Notes under the pieces: generated by a model | The model's input: the letters and a program-made list of their open reading frames with translations, nothing else | The model's database searches: none | What the model was told of the DNA's origin: nothing | Program-made: the position numbers and the translations under genes | Assembly: GCA_964016885.1 (NCBI GenBank) | Contig: OZ024765.1 | Coordinates: 14,136,001 to 14,200,000 of the forward strand | DNA from: Eledone cirrhosa | Taxonomy: Eukaryota | Reading direction: 5' to 3' | DNA length: 64,000 bases | Part shown: positions 20,079 to 36,700 of the stretch, one piece after another | How the letters are laid out: each line of letters begins with the position of its first letter | Position numbering within the stretch: the stretch's first letter is position 1

Positions 20079-23000
20079 GTATATATTTTATGTTTACAAT
20101 AAAAATAGACAAACAATTTAATGATAATATGAAATGAAATTATTATTATTTATTAATAATATTTTTATTGTTTTCACTGCATTAACTTCTGAGTGTGACT
20201 TTGTTTTTCTTACTATTTTCTACTGTAAATGGCGGCTTAATTGGTTTATTACTAACGTTTACTGGATTGTGGTGTTTCTTTATTGTTTTATATTTCAATC
20301 AGTGGACATCAGGATAGCTTTCTATATACCTGGGATAAATGTAAAGAGTACTGACTTTCATCTGCAGTTGAATGGTGATGTCTTCTTATATTTTCATTTA
20401 CTTCTGCAATACTGTATATTGTAGTCTTTTCATTATTTTAAATATTTCTATCATGTCACTCGTTTGATATATCTCCCCGAATGATGTAGTTATTCAGGGC
20501 TTTACATTGGAATAGTGTACTACTATTTAAATATTAGTCCTTTAAATATATATTTCTATCATGTCCCCCCCCCCCTCTTAGATTTGTCTCCTCTAAATTT
20601 GCAATCCCTAAAGTTTAACATCTTTCTTCAGAAGACATATTTCTTAATAATTCTGGTGTTTTCTGTTTTGTTCTTCTCTGGATTCCTTCAATAGCTTCTC
20701 CGTGCCCCAAAACAATATTCTAGGTCGTATCACACATATCATTCAACTAGTGTTTTAGACCTCTCGACATTTAGCTAGGCAAAGGAATGTTTTATTATTC
20801 CTATCATCTGAATTCCTTTTTCTTCTTCAACATGTTTAGCCATCTTTAAAATCATATTCATACATATTCCCAATTCCTCGTGGAGGGTTATAAGAGACAT
20901 GTATAAATATAGCTGCATATTACTACAAAATAACTTGAACCATATGGCGAAACATTTTGTAAAGTATCTCTGTAATTATTCTCATTTCGATTTTCTGTAG
21001 AATATATTGACGTTTAAGATAGAGACAATTGCCCTTCTTCTAATAATCTCTTTGTCCATTCCATGTTTAGTATCACAAAATATTGTTAATGCAAGATTTT
21101 GCTCTAATGTAATAAATGTTACTTTTAAAAGACCGAAGTTCTCAATTTTCTTCTTTCTCTTGTATATTGATATCTAAAGGATGACAAATGTATGAATTAT
21201 GTGACAGGGAGGAAAAAAGCCACGACCTTTTTCTCTCGTTACAGAAGGCTAACTGAGAACGTCTTTCGCAGGAGTGACTAGTACTACTGCCTTTTATATA
21301 CCGTGACAACTGGAAAGACGTGACAAATAAGGATACACTCTGCTCTCCTTATCAACATTGTCCGAGTCTGAGGACCTTTCCTCCCTGGTTAAGGAGTGAG
21401 ATAAAATATTAGGGATCAATCTCTAGCAATAATTTCATTAAATCATATTTAACCAGAGACTGTTATGTCGTGGTTGTTGTTATATTTTATAGTCGTGGTT
21501 TCAATGTTTAACAGGGGTTGTAGAATTAGATTTATCTAATTATTATAAAACAAAACAGATTTATATATTGTCGCCGTTGTACGTTAAAATCGCATATATA
21601 TTTATATACACACCAAGGATGGAGGGACGACGGAATTGAAAACCATTATTGCTGAGTACATCACGGCAAGATCTAATACACACACACACACTCTCCCGTA
21701 TATATTTAATAATCAGCTATGACCATAAAGAAGGTCGTTGTAGGATCTAATGAACCCGAAAGAAAGTGAAAATATATTTTATGAAAGCCCCAGAAGAATA
21801 AATGTAAACATTGACCCGATTATAGTAGAAATAAGAATGAGAAGACCATGAACGCCAGCACATCTATTTTGCTTTGAAATTGAAAGTAGGTTTATAAATA
21901 TTAATTTTTTCTTATGTTCTTGTATCTGTTTCGTTGGCCTAATGGTAGGTGTTAGAGACTATGTAGACACTGATGTGGTGTTCAATCTCAGTCCGAATCT
22001 GTACTATATATTTTTAAATTTAAATTTTTCTCTAGCAAAGTAAAAAATGAAATTATTATCTATAGACTTTGACTGAGATCGAAACCCCGAGCAGGTTCTC
22101 CACCGTCTCTAATACCTACCATTAGGCCACGGAGACAGATATAAAAACAGTGTGAAAATTAATATTTATAAAGTTACTTTTTTATTTTTGTTTTATACTA
22201 TAAAAAATATAATACGACACACTGCCAGTGATTGAACCCCGGACCTGGACCTCCACCGGCTCTTATACTTACCACTAGGCTAAAGTGACGGTTACAGACA
22301 CTTACTGAAAATTGATATTTATAAACCTACTTTTTCATTACTAGAAAAAACCGGAAGTGGAGATAATTGAAAAACATCTTCTTTTTCTTCCTCTGATTTT
22401 TTTTTATCCAAAATTTGGATTTAAGTCAGAGACGAGTTATCGTTCGTGGCAAAAATCAGAGGAAGAAAAAGAAAAAGTTTTTCAATTTTCTCCACTTCCG
22501 GTTTTTTCTAGTATAGGTAAGTAAATATTAATTTTCAAACATTTTTTCTAACCGTCCCTGTGGCCTAATGGTAAGCACTAGAGACGGTGGAGATCCTGAT
22601 TTAGGGTTCGATTTCCGTTAGGTTCTATACTAATAACTGCGTATTTTTTGCTTTTATTAAGTAAGATTTGAACTAATAATGCTGTACTTTGTAGTAATGT
22701 CCCATATTATATTCAAGATATTTTAATTAAAATTTGTTTTTTTTATAAAAGAAAGAACAAAAAACCTTATTGAAATTAAGAAATGAATTTTATTCAGTAA
22801 AGTTGTTTTTATTTTGTATTCACTTCATTAACTGCTGAATACGTCTTTTGTTTTTAATTCCTTCTAACCATCGTTTACTGCAAATGGTGGCTGCAACGAA
22901 CCTGGATTATTACCAAGTTTCACTGGATGATTGTATTATTTTATTGTCAGTGGACATCTGGACATCTATCTAAATACCTGGAATAAACACAAGGTGTGTG

Positions 23001-24610
23001 TTTTACGTAACATTTCATTTTAATGTCTGATGTTCCTGTATATCACATTTAAAATGTAACCAATAAACAAGACAGGGACGCTACATCAAAAGAAACCACA
23101 CAGACGAGGTATGAATAATGTAAAATTCATTTTAACAAACTATAAACGATGTTTAAAGAGAGACAAACATTAAAAAAAAGGATTTCAAACAAACACGTAA
23201 ACACAAAGACAATTACAGCCATAATCTAATATCTGAAGATCAACATTTTTCACGATAGAAATAAAACTAAATATGTAAAGCTTAGTGGCCCCTGATTTAC
23301 TTGCTTTTAATTTCATTTTGATAAACTGTATTCTGTAGACATATATTTATGATTTTAATGATGAAATTTCCTCTTGTCTTTAAAAGATTATTACTTATAA
23401 AAAATTATAATAGTTACCTCCTCCTCTGGATTAATATATAGCATCATTCGAGGTAGCTTACCCCCAGGGGTTCCTCAACTGGGCGATTTCAGCTGTTGGG
23501 TAGGCGATGAGCAGCTGAACAGAAAATTGAGGGCCATTGGAAACTTTGGTGGCCGATGTAGAATTTTGAGATTTAAGAAGGTATGCTACCCGAAAACCTA
23601 TTCAAGGAATATATGCAAAGAACCCGAATAAAAATCAGGAAGCTAATTGGGAAAATTGAACCAGGAACAAACATTTACGAAACATATTTGGTATACTTTG
23701 GAATATTTACTATACAGGTGGCTGGTGGAACATTTTTTCACGTGAATGTGGGTAATGACGCCAAAATATTTGGCAACCCTTGGCTTACACCTTACTAAAT
23801 GTTCTGGAGACAAGCCTCATAGTTATATATCATAGTTCTTCAATCCTTCATCTTCCACCATTGGTGAAGTATTTCGATTTGATATGGCGATCGCAGAGTT
23901 AGATTTAGGACGTGGTGGCGTTCATGGGTTTCTTAGTGTTGTTACTAGAAAGGGTCGACTCTGTCTTTCACACTTCAGGTTTTTTCATGAATTAAATATC
24001 CATTTTCTTTCTGATCGGTCTAACAATGATTTCAACCTACAATGACTCCGTCTGTAATAATGTTCTCTTATTTGAAATATGTCATACCTAACTCCCGTGT
24101 CTGTGTGTGTGAAAAATATTCCAACTTAGAGCGACGTTCCCGTAAATTGTTTAGCCTGAGTCCTATATATAGATAATGTGTAATATTTGAACCTTCATTG
24201 AGGGTCTTTGCCGTAATTTCCCGTAACTCCGACTAGAAGTCATTATGTAGTTTTTTCGTCCGTTAAAAATAATGATTAAAACAATTCTATATCCACAGTT
24301 ATATACACCTCTTCATCACATATTATATTATTTACACCAATAACTACATTATATCCTTAAATATGACACCAAGATATATAATTTGTAAATAAAAGATAAA
24401 ATATTAAAACCTCAATTTTTAAATAATTTTACCCCACATTTATGTTCTCAGTGTTTAGATAAATCCATAATTTTATGATTTTGGAGCAGATAACATAGTA
24501 CCAGTCATGTACTGGGATCAATTTAACGGATTGGTTCCTCCCCGCAAATTACTTGACTTTTGCCTAAGTAAGACATACTCACAGAATGTAACGATGTATA
24601 TGTATGAATC

Positions 24611-24667
<57 letters not shown>

Positions 24668-27600
24668 ATGTTTACAATAAAAATAGACAAACAATTTAAT
24701 GATAATATGAAATGAAATTATTATTATTTATTAATAATATTTTTATTGTTTTCACTGCATTAACTTCTGAGTGTGACTTTGTTTTTCTTACTATTTTCTA
24801 CTGTAAATGGCGGCTTAATTGGATTATTACTAAGGTTTACTGGATTGTGGTGTTTCTTTATTGTTTTATATTTCAATCAGTGGACATCAGGATAGCTTTC
24901 TATATACCTGGGATAAATGTAAAGAGTACTGACTTTCATCTGCAGTTCAATGGTGATGTCTTCTTATATTTTCATTTACTTCTGCAATACTGTATATTGT
25001 AGTCTTTTTATTATTTTAAATATTTCTATCATGTCACTCGTTTGATATATCTCCCCGAAAGATGTAGTTATTCAGGGCTTTACATTGGAATAGTGTACTA
25101 CTATTTAAATATTAGTCCTTTACATATATATTGCTATCATGTCCCCCCACCCTTCTAGAATTATCTCCTCTAAATTTGCAATCCCTAAAGTTTAACATCT
25201 TTCTTCAGAAGACATATTTCTTAATAATTCTGGTGTTTTCTGTTTTGTTCTTCTCTGGATTCCTTCAATAGCTTCTCCGTGCCCCAAAACAATATTCTAG
25301 GTCGTATCACACATATCATTCAACTAGTGTTTTAGACCTCTCGACATTTAGCTAGGCAAAGGAATGTTTTATTATTCCTATCATCTGAATTCCTTTTTTT
25401 TCTTCAACATGTTTAGCCATCTTTAAAATCATATTCATACATATTCACAATTCCTCGTGGAGGGGTATAAGAGACATGTATAAATATAGCTGCATATTAC
25501 TACAAAATAACTTGAACCATATGGCGAAACATTTTGTAAAGTATCTCTGTAATTATTCTCATTTCGATTTTCTGTAGAATGTATTGACGTTTAAGATAGA
25601 GACAATTGCCCTTCTTCTAATAATCTCTTTGTCCATTCCATGTTTAGCATCACAAAATATTGTTAATGCAAGATTTTGCTCTAATGTAATAAATGTTACT
25701 TTTAAAAGACCGAAGTTCTCAATTTTCTTCTTTCTCTTGTATATTGATATCTAAAGGATGACAAATGTATGAATTATGTGATAGGGAGGAAAAAAGCCAC
25801 GACCTTCTTCTCTCGTTACAGAAGGCTAACTGAGAACGTCTTTCGCAGGAGTAACTAGTACTACTGCCTTTTATATACCGTGACAACTGGAAAGACGTGA
25901 CAAATAAGGATACACTCTGCTCTCCTTATCAACATTGTCCGAGTCTGAGGACCTTTCCTCCCTGGTTAAGGAGTGAGATAAAATATTAGGGATCAATCTC
26001 TAGCAATAATTTCATTAAATCATATTTAACCAGAGACTGTTATGTCGTGGTTGTTGTTATATTTTATAGTCGTGGTTTCAATGTTTAACAGGGGTTGTAG
26101 AATTAGATTTATCTAATTATTATAAAACAAAACAGATTTATATATTGTCGCCGTTGTACGTTAAAATCGCATATATATTTATATACACACCAAGGATGGA
26201 GGGACGACGGAATTGAAAACCATTATTGCTGAGTACATCACGGCAAGATCTAATACACACACACACACTCTCCCGTATATATTTAATAATCAGCTATGAC
26301 CATAAAGAAGGTCGTTGTAGGATCTAATGAACCCGAAAGAAAGTGAAAATATATTTTATGAAAGCCCCAGAAGAATAAATGTAAACATTGACCCGTTTAT
26401 AGTAGAAATAAGAATGAGAAAGCCATGAACGCCAGCACATCTATATTGCTTTGAAATTGAAAGTAGGTTTATAAATATTAATTTTTTCTTATGTTCTTGT
26501 ATCTGTTTCGTTGGCCTAATGGTAGGTGTTAGAGACTATGTAGACACTGATGTGGTGTTCAATCTCAGTCCGAATCTGTACTATATATTTTTAAATTTAA
26601 ATTTTTCTCTAGCAAAGTAAAAAATGAAATTATTATCTATAGACTTTGACTGAGATCGAAACCCTATCAGGTTCTCCACCGTCTCTAATACCTACCATTA
26701 GGCCACGGAGACAGATATAAAAACAAGGTGAAAATTAATATTTATAAAGTTACTTTTTTATTTTTGTTTTATACTATAAAAAATATAATACGACACACTG
26801 CCAGTGATTGAACCCCGGACCTGGACCTCCACCGGCTCTTATACTTACCACTAGGCTAAAGGGACGGTTACAGAAACTTACTGAAAATTGATATTTATAA
26901 ACCTACTTTTTCATTACTAGAAAAAACCGGAAGTGGAGATAATTGAAAAACATCTTCTTTTTCTTCCTCTGATTTTTTTTTAACCAAAATTTGGATTTAA
27001 GTCAGAGACGAGTTATCGTTCGTGGCAAAAATCAGAGGAAGAAAAAGAAAAAGTTTTTCAATTTTCTCCACTTCCGGTTTTTTCTAGTATAGGTAAGTAA
27101 ATATTAATTTTCAAAAAATTTTTCTAACCGTCCCTGTGGCCTAATGGTAAGTACTAGAGACGGTGGAGATCCTGATTTAGGGTTCGATTTCCGTTAGGTT
27201 CTATACTAATAACTGCGTATTTTTTGCTTTTATTAAGTAAGATTTGAACTAATAATGCTGTACTTTGTAGTAATGTCCCATATTATATTCAAGATATTTT
27301 AATTAAAATTTGTTTTTTTTATAAAAGAAAGAACAAAAAACCTTATTGAAATTAAGAAATGAATTTTATTCAGTAAAGTTGTTTTTATTTTGTATTCACT
27401 TCATTAACTGCTGAATACGTCTTTTGTTTTTGATTCCTTCTAACCATCGTTTACTGCAAATGGTGGCTGCAACGAACCTGGATTATTACCAAGTTTCACT
27501 GGATGATTGTATTATTTTGTTGTCAGTGGACATCTGGACATCTATCTAAATACCTGGAATAAACACAAGGTGTGTGTTTTACGTAACATTTCATTTTAAT

Positions 27601-30600
27601 GTCTGATGTTCCTGTATATCACATTTAAAATGTAACCAATAAACAAGACAGGGACGCTACATCAAAAGAAACCACACAGACGAGGTATGAATAATGTAAA
27701 ATTCATTTTAACAAACTATAAACGATGTTTAAAGAAAGACAAACATAAAAAAAAAGGATTTCAAACAAACACGTAAACACAAAGACAATTACAGCCATAA
27801 TCTAATATCTGAAGATCAACATTTTTCACGATAGAAATAAAACTAAATATGTAAAGCTTAGTGGCCCCTGATTTACTTGCTTTTAATTTCATTTTGATAA
27901 ACTGTATTCTGTAGACATATATTTATGATTTTAATGATGAAATTTCCTCTTGTCTTTAAAAGATTATTACTTATAAAAAATTATAATAGTTACCTCCTCC
28001 TCTGGATTAATATATAGCATCATTCGAGGTAGCTTACCCCCAGGGGTTCCTCAACTGGGCGATTTCAGCTGTTGGGTAGGCGATGAGCAGCTGAACAGAA
28101 AATTGAGGGCCATTGGAAACTTTGGTGGCCGATGTAGAATTTTGAGATTTAAGAAGGTATGCTACCCGAAAACCTATTCAAGGAATATATGCAAAGAACC
28201 CGAATAAAAATCAGGAAGCTAATTGGGAAAATTGAACCAGGAACAAACATTTACGAAACATATTTGGTATACTTTGGAATATTTACTATACAGGTGGCTG
28301 GTGGAACATCTTTTCACGTGAATGTGGGTAATGACGCCAAAATATTTGGCAACCCTTGGCTTACACCTTACTAAATGTTCTGGAGACAAGCCTCATAGTT
28401 ATATATCATAGTTCTTCAATCCTTCATCTTCCACCATTGGTGAAGTATTTCGATTTGATATGACGATCGCAGAGTTAGATTTAGGACGTGGTGGCGTTCA
28501 TGGGTTTCTTAGTGTTGTTACTAGAAAGGGTCGACTCTGTCTTTCACACTTCAGGTTTTTTCATGAATTAAATATCCATTTTCTTTCTGATCGGTCTAAC
28601 AATGATTTCAACCTACAATGACTCCGTCTGTAATAATGTTCTCTTATTTGAAATATGTCATACCTAACTGCCGTGTCTGTGTGTGTGAAAAATATTCCAA
28701 CTTAGAGCGACGTTCCCGTAAATTGTTTAGCCTGAGTCCTATATATAGATAATGTGTAATATTTGAACCTTCATTGAGGGTCTTTGCCGTAATTTCCCGT
28801 AACTCCGACTAGAAGTCATTATGTAGTTTTTTCGTCCGTTAAAAATAATGATTAAAACAATTCTATATCCACAGTTATATACACTTCTTCATCACATATT
28901 ATATTATTTACACCAATAACTACATTATATCCTTAAATATGACACCAAGATATATAATTTGTAAATAAAAGATAAAATATTAAAACCTCAATTTTTAAAT
29001 AATTTTACCCCACATTTATGTTCTCAGTGTTTAGATAAATCCATAATTTTATGATTTTGGAGCAGATAACATAGTACCAGTCATGTACTGGGATCAATTT
29101 AACGGATTGGTTCCTCCCCGCAAATTACTTGACTTTTGCCTAAGTAAGACATACTCACAGAATGTAACGATGTATATGTATGAATCTATATATATATATA
29201 TATATATATATTTATGTATATATTTTATGTTTACAATAAAAATAGACAAACAATTTAATGATAATATGAAATGAAATTATTATTATTTATTAATAATATT
29301 TTTATTGTTTTCACTGCATTAACTTCTGAGTGTGACTTTGTTTTTCTTACTATTTTCTACTGTAAATGGCGGCTTAATTGGTTTATTACTAACGTTTACT
29401 GGATTGTGGTGTTTCTTTATTGTTTTATATTTCAATCAGTGGACATCAGGATAGCTTTCTATATACCTGGGATAAATGTAAAGAGTACTGACTTTCATCT
29501 GCAGTTCAATGGTGATGTCTTCTTATATTTTCATTTACTTCTGCAATACTGTATATTGTAGTCTTTTTATTATTTTAAATATTTCTATCATGTCACTCGT
29601 TTGATATATCTCCCCGAAAGATGTAATTATTCAGGGCTTTACATTGGAATAGTGTACTACTATTTAAATATTAGTCCTTTAAATATATATTTCTATCATG
29701 TCCCCCCCTCTTAGATTTGTCTCCTCTAAATTTGCAATCCCTAAAGTTTAACATCTTTCTTCAGAAGACATATTTCTTAATAATTCTGGTGTTTTCTGTT
29801 TTGTTCTTCTCTGGATTCCTTCAATAGCTTCTCCGTGCCCCAAAACAATATTCTAGGTCGTATCACACATATCATTCAACTAGTGTTTTAGACCTCTCGA
29901 CATTTAGCTAGGCAAAGGAATGTTTTATTATTCCTATCATCTGAATTCCTTTTTTTTCTTCAACATGTTTAGCCATCTTTAAAATCATATTCATACATAT
30001 TCACAATTCCTCGTGGAGGGGTATAAGAGACATGTATAAATATAGCTGCATATTACTACAAAATAACTTGAACCATATGGCGAAACATTTTGTAAAGTAT
30101 CTCTGTAATTATTCTCATTTCGATTTTCTGTAGAATGTATTGACGTTTAAGATAGAGACAATTGCCCTTCTTCTAATAATCTCTTTGTCCATTCCATGTT
30201 TAGCATCACAAAATATTGTTAATGCAAGATTTTGCTCTAATGTAATAAATGTTACTTTTAAAAGACCGAAGTTCTCAATTTTCTTCTTTCTCTTGTATAT
30301 TGATATCTAAAGGATGACAGATGTATGAATTATGTGATAGGGAGGAAAAAAGCCACGACCTTCTTCTCTCGTTACAGAAGGCTAACTGAGAACGTCTTTC
30401 GCAGGAGTGACTAGTACTACTGCCTTTTATATACCGTGACAACTGGAAAGACGTGACAAATAAGGATACACTCTGCTCTCCTTATCAACATTGTCCGAGT
30501 CTGAGGACCTTTCCTCCCTGGTTAAGGAGTGAGATAAAATATTAGGGATCAATCTCTAGCAATAATTTCATTAAATCATATTTAACCAGAGACTGTTATG

Positions 30601-33600
30601 TCGTGGTTGTTGTTATATTTTATAGTCGTGGTTTCAATGTTTAACAGGGGTTGTAGAATTAGATTTATCTAATTATTATAAAACAAAACAGATTTATATA
30701 TTGTCGCCGTTGTACGTTAAAATCGCATATATATTTATATACACACCAAGGATGGAGGGACGACGGAATTGAAAACCATTATTGCTGAGTACATCACGGC
30801 AAGATCTAATACACACACACACACTCTCCCGTATATATTTAATAATCAGCTATGACCATAAAGAAGGTCGTTGTAGGATCTAATGAACCCGAAAGAAAGT
30901 GAAAATATATTTTATGAAAGCCCCAGAAGAATAAATGTAAACATTGACCCGATTATAGTAGAAATAAGAACGAGAAAGCCATGAACGCCAGCACATCTAT
31001 TTTGCTTTGAAATTGAAAGTAGGTTTATAAATATTAATTTTTTCTTATGTTCTTGTATCTGTTTCGTTGGCCTAATGGTAGGTGTTAGAGACTATGTTGA
31101 CACTGATGTGGTGTTCAATCTCAGTCCGAATCTGTACTATATATTTTTAAACTTAAATTTTTCTCTAGCAAAGTAAAAAATGAAATTATTACCTATAGAC
31201 TTTGACTGAGATCGAAACCCCGAGCAGGTTCTCCACCGTCTCTAATACCTACCATTAGGCCACGGAGACAGATATAAAAACAGTGTGAAAATTAATATTT
31301 ATAAAGTTACTTTTTTATTTTTGTTTTATACTATAAAAAATATAATACGACACACTGCCAGTGATTGAACCCCGGACCTGGACCTCCACCGGCTCTTATA
31401 CTTACCACTAGGCTAAAGGGACGGTTACAGAAACTTACTGAAAATTGATATTTATAAACCTACTTTTTCATTACTAGAAAAAACCGGAAGTGGAGATAAT
31501 TGAAAAACATCTTCTTTTTCTTCCTCTGATTTTTTTTTATCCAAAATTTGGATTTAAGTCAGAGACGAGTTATCGTTCGTGGCAAAAATCAGAGGAAGAA
31601 AAAGAAAAAGTTTTTCAATTTTCTCCACTTCCGGTTTTTTCTAGTATAGGTAAGTAAATATTAATTTTCAAAAAATTTTTCTAACCGTCCCTGTGGCCTA
31701 ATGGTAAGCACTAGAGACGGTGGAGATCCTGATTTAGGGTTCGATTTCCGTTAGGTTCTATACTAATAACTGCGTATTTTTTGCTTTTATTAAGTAAGAT
31801 TTGAACTAATAATGCAGTACTTTGTAGTAATGTCCCATATTATATTCAACATATTTTAATTAAAATTTGTTTTTTTTATAAAAGAAAGAACAAAAAACCT
31901 TATTGAAATTAAGAAATGAATTTTATTCAGTAAAGTTGTTTTTATTTTGTATTCACTTCATTAGCTGCTGAATACGTCTTTTGTTTTTGTTTCCTTCTAA
32001 CCATTGTTTACTGCACATGGTGGCTGCAACGAACCTGGATTATTACCAAGTTTCACTGGATGATTGTATTATTTTGTTGTCAGTGGACATCTGGACATCT
32101 ATCTAAATACCTGGAATAAACACAAGGTGTGTGTTTTACGTAACATTTCATTTTAATGTCTGATGTTCCTGTATATCACATTTAAAATGTAACCAATAAA
32201 CAAGACAGGGACGCTACATCAAAAGAAACCACACAGACGAGGTATGAATAATGTAAAATTCATTTTAACAAACTATAAACGATGTTTAAAGAGAGACAAA
32301 CATTAAAAAAAAGGATTTCAAACAAACACGTAAACACAAAGACAATTACAGCCATAATCTAATATCTGAAGATCAACATTTTTCACGATTGAAATAAAAC
32401 TAAATATGTAAAGCTTAGTGGCCCCTGATTTACTTGCTTTTAATTTCATTTTGATAAACTGTATTCTGTAGACATATATTTATGATTTTAATGATGAAAT
32501 TTCCTCTTGTCTTTAAAAGATTATTACTTATAAAAAATTATAATAGTTACCTCCTCCTCTGGATTAATATATAGCATCATTCGAGGTAGCTTACCCCCAG
32601 GGGTTCCTCAACTGGGCGATTTCAGCTGTTGGGTGGGCGATGAGCAGCTGAACAGAAAATTGAGGGCCATTGGAAACTTTGGTGGCCGATGTAGAATTTT
32701 GAGATTTAAGAAGGTATGCTACCCGAAAACCTATTCAAGGAATATATGCAAAGAACCCGAATAAAAATCAGGAAGCTAATTGGGAAAATTGAACCAGGAA
32801 CAAACATTTACGAAACATATTTGGTATACTTTGGAATATTTACTATACAGGTGGCTGGTGGAACATTTTTTCACGTGAATGTGGGTAATGACGCCAAAAT
32901 TTTTGGCAACCCTTGGCTTACACCTTACTAAATGTTCTGGAGACAAGCCTCTTAGTTATATATCATAGTTCTTCAATCCTTCATCTTCCACCATTGGTGA
33001 AGTATTTCGATTTGATATGACGATCGCAGAGTTAGATTTAGGACGTGGTGGCGTTCATGGGTTTCTTAGTGTTGTTACTAGAAAGGGTCGACTCTGTCTT
33101 TCACACTTCAGGTTTTTTCATGAATTAAATATCCATTTTCTTTCTGATCGGTCTAACAATGATTTCAACCTACAATGACTCCGTCTGTAATAATGTTCTC
33201 TTATTTGAAATATGTCATACCTAACTCCCGTGTCTGTGTGTGTGAAAAATATTCCAACTTAGAGCGACGTTCCCGTAAATTGTTTAGCCTGAGTCCTATA
33301 TATAGATAATGTGTAATATTTGAACCTCCATTGAGGGTCTTTGCCGTAATTTCCCGTAACTCCGACTAGAAGTCAATATGTAGTTTTTTCGTCCGTTAAA
33401 AATAATGATTAAAACAATTCTATATCCACAGTTATATACACCTCTTCATCACATATTATATTATTTACACCAATAACTACATTATATCCTTAAATATGAC
33501 ACCAAGATATATAATTTGTAAATAAAAGATAAAATATTAAAACCTCAATTTTTAAATAATTTTACCCCACATTTATGTTCTCAGTGTTTAGATAAATCCA

Positions 33601-33746
33601 TAATTTTATGATTTTGGAGCAGATAACATAGTACCAGTCATGTACAATTTAACGGATTGGTTCCTCCCCGCAAATTACTTGACTTTTGCCTAAGTAAGAC
33701 ATACTCACAGAATGTAACGATGTATATGTATGAATCTATATATATA

Positions 33747-33778
<32 letters not shown>

Positions 33779-36700
33779 ATTTATGTATATATTTTATGTT
33801 TACAATAAAAATAGACAAACAATTTAATGATAATATGAAATGAAATTATTATTATTTATTAATAATATTTTTATTGTTTTCACTGCATTAACTTCTGAGT
33901 GTGACTTTATTTTTCTTACTATTTTCTACTGTAAATGGCGGCTTAATTGGTTTATTACTAACGTTTACTGGATTGTGGTGTTTCTTTATTGTTTTATATT
34001 TCAATCAGTGGACATCAGGATAGCTTTCTATATACCTGGGATAAATGTAATGAGTACTGACTTTCATCTGCAGTTCAATGGTGATGTCTTCTTATATTTT
34101 CATTTACATCTGCAATACTGTATATTGTAGTCTTTTCATTATTTTAAATATTTCTATCATGTCACTCGTTTGATATATCTCCCCGAAAGATGTAGTTATT
34201 CAGGGCTTTACATTGGAATAGTGTACTACTATTTAAATATTAGTCCTTTACATATATATTTCTATCTTGTCCCCCCACCCTCTTAGATTTATCTCCTCTA
34301 AATTTGCAATCCCTAAAGTTTAACATCTTTCTTCAGAAGACATATTTCTTAATAATTCTGGTGTTTTCTGTTTTGTTCTTCTCTGGATTCCTTCAATAGC
34401 TTCTCCGTGCCCCAAAACAATATTCTAGGTCGTATCACACATATCATTCAACTAGTGTTTTAGACCTCTCGACATTTAGCTAGGCAAAGGAATGTTTTAT
34501 TATTCCTATCATCTGAATTCCTTTTTTTTCTTTAACATGTTTAGCCATCTTTAAAATCATATTCATACATATTCACAATTCCTTGTGGAGGGAGATAAGA
34601 GACATGTATAAATATAGCTGCATATTACTACAAAATAACTTGAACCATATGGCGAAATATTTTGTAAAGTATCTCTGTAATTATTCTCATTTCGATTTTC
34701 TGTAGAATGTATTGACGTTTAAGATAGAGACAATTGCCCTTCTTCTAATAATCTCTTTGTCCATTCCATGTTTAGCATCACAAAATATTGTTAATGCAAG
34801 ATTTTGCTCTAATGTAATAAATGTTACTTTTAAAAGACCGAAGTTCTCAATTTTCTTCTTTCTCTTGTATATTGATATCTAAAGGATGACAAATGTATGA
34901 ATTATGTGATAGGGAGGAAAAAAGCCACGACCTTCTTCTCTCTTTACAGAAGGCTAACTGACAACGTCTTTCGCAGGAGTGACTAGTACTACTGCCTTTT
35001 ATATACCGTGACAACTGGAAAGACGTGACAAATAAGGATACACTCTGCTCTCCTTATCAACATTGTCCGAGTCTGAGGACCTTTCCTCCCTGGTTAAGGA
35101 GTGAGATAAAATATTAGGGATCAATCTCTAGCAATAATTTCATTAAATCATATTTAACCAGAGACTGTTATGTCGTGGTTGTTGATATATTTTATAGTCG
35201 TGGTTTCAATGTTTAACAGGCGTTGTAGAATTAGATTTATCTAATTATTATAAAACAAAACAGATTTATATATTGTCGCCGTTGTACGTTAAAATCGCAT
35301 ATATATTTATATACACACCAAGGATGGAGGGACGACGGAATTGAAAACCATTATTGCTGAGTACATCACGGCAAGATCTAATACACACACACACACTCTC
35401 CCGTATATATTTAATAATCAGCTATGACCATAAAGAAGGTCGTTGTAGGATCTAATGAACCCGAAAGAAAGTGAAAATATATTTTATGAAAGCCCCAGAA
35501 GAATAAATGTAAACATTGACCCGATTATAGTAGAAATAAGAATGAGAAAGCCATGAACGCCAGCACATCTATTTTGCTTTGAAATTGAAAGTAGGTTTAT
35601 AAATATTAATTTTTTCTTATGTTCTTGTATCTGTTTCGTTGGCCTAATGGTAGGTGTTAGAGACTATGTAGACACTGATGTGGTGTTCAATCTCAGTCCG
35701 AATCTGTACTATATATTTTTAAATTTAAATTTTTCTCTAGCAAAGTAAAAAATGAAATTATTATCTATAGACTTTGACTGAGATCGAAACCCCGAGCAGG
35801 TTCTCCACCGTCTCTAATACCTACCATTAGGCCACGGAGACAGATATAAAAACAGTGTGAAAATTAATATTTATAAAGTTACTTTTTTATTTTTGTTTTA
35901 TACTATAAAAAATATAATACGACACATTGCCAGTGATTGAACCCCGGACCTGGACCTCCACCGGCTCTTATACTTACCACTAGGCTAAAGGGACGGTTAC
36001 AGACACTTACTGAAAATTGATATTTATAAACCTACTTTTTCATTACTAGAAAAAACCGGAAGTGGAGATAATTGAAAAACATCTTCTTTTTCTTCCTCTG
36101 ATTTTTTTTTATCCAAAATTGGGATTTAAGTCAGAGACGAGTTATCGTTCGTGGCAAAAATCAGAGGAAGAAAAAGAAAACGTTTTTCAATTTTCTCCAC
36201 TTCCGGTTTTTTCTAGTATAGGTAAGTAAATATTAATTTTCAAACATTTTTTCTAACCGTCCCTGTGGCCTAATGGTAAGCACTAGAGACGGTGGAGATC
36301 CTGATTTAGGGTTCGATTTCCGTTAGGTTCTATACTAATAACTGTGTATTTTTTGCTTTTATTAAGTAAGATTTGAACTAATAATGCTGTACTTTGTAGT
36401 AATGTCCCATATTATATTCAACATATTTTAATTAAAATTTGTTTTTTTTATAAAAGAAAGAACAAAAAACCTTATTGAAATTAAGAAATGAATTTTATTC
36501 AGTAAAGTTGTTTTTATTTTGTATTCACTTCATTAACTGCTGAATACGTCTTTTGTTTTTGTTTTTGTTTCCTTCTAACCATTGTTTACTGCACATGGTG
36601 GCTGCAACGAACCTGGATTATTACCAAGTTTCACTGGATGATTGTATTATTTTGTTGTCAGTGGACATCTGGACATCTATCTAAATACCTGGAATAAACA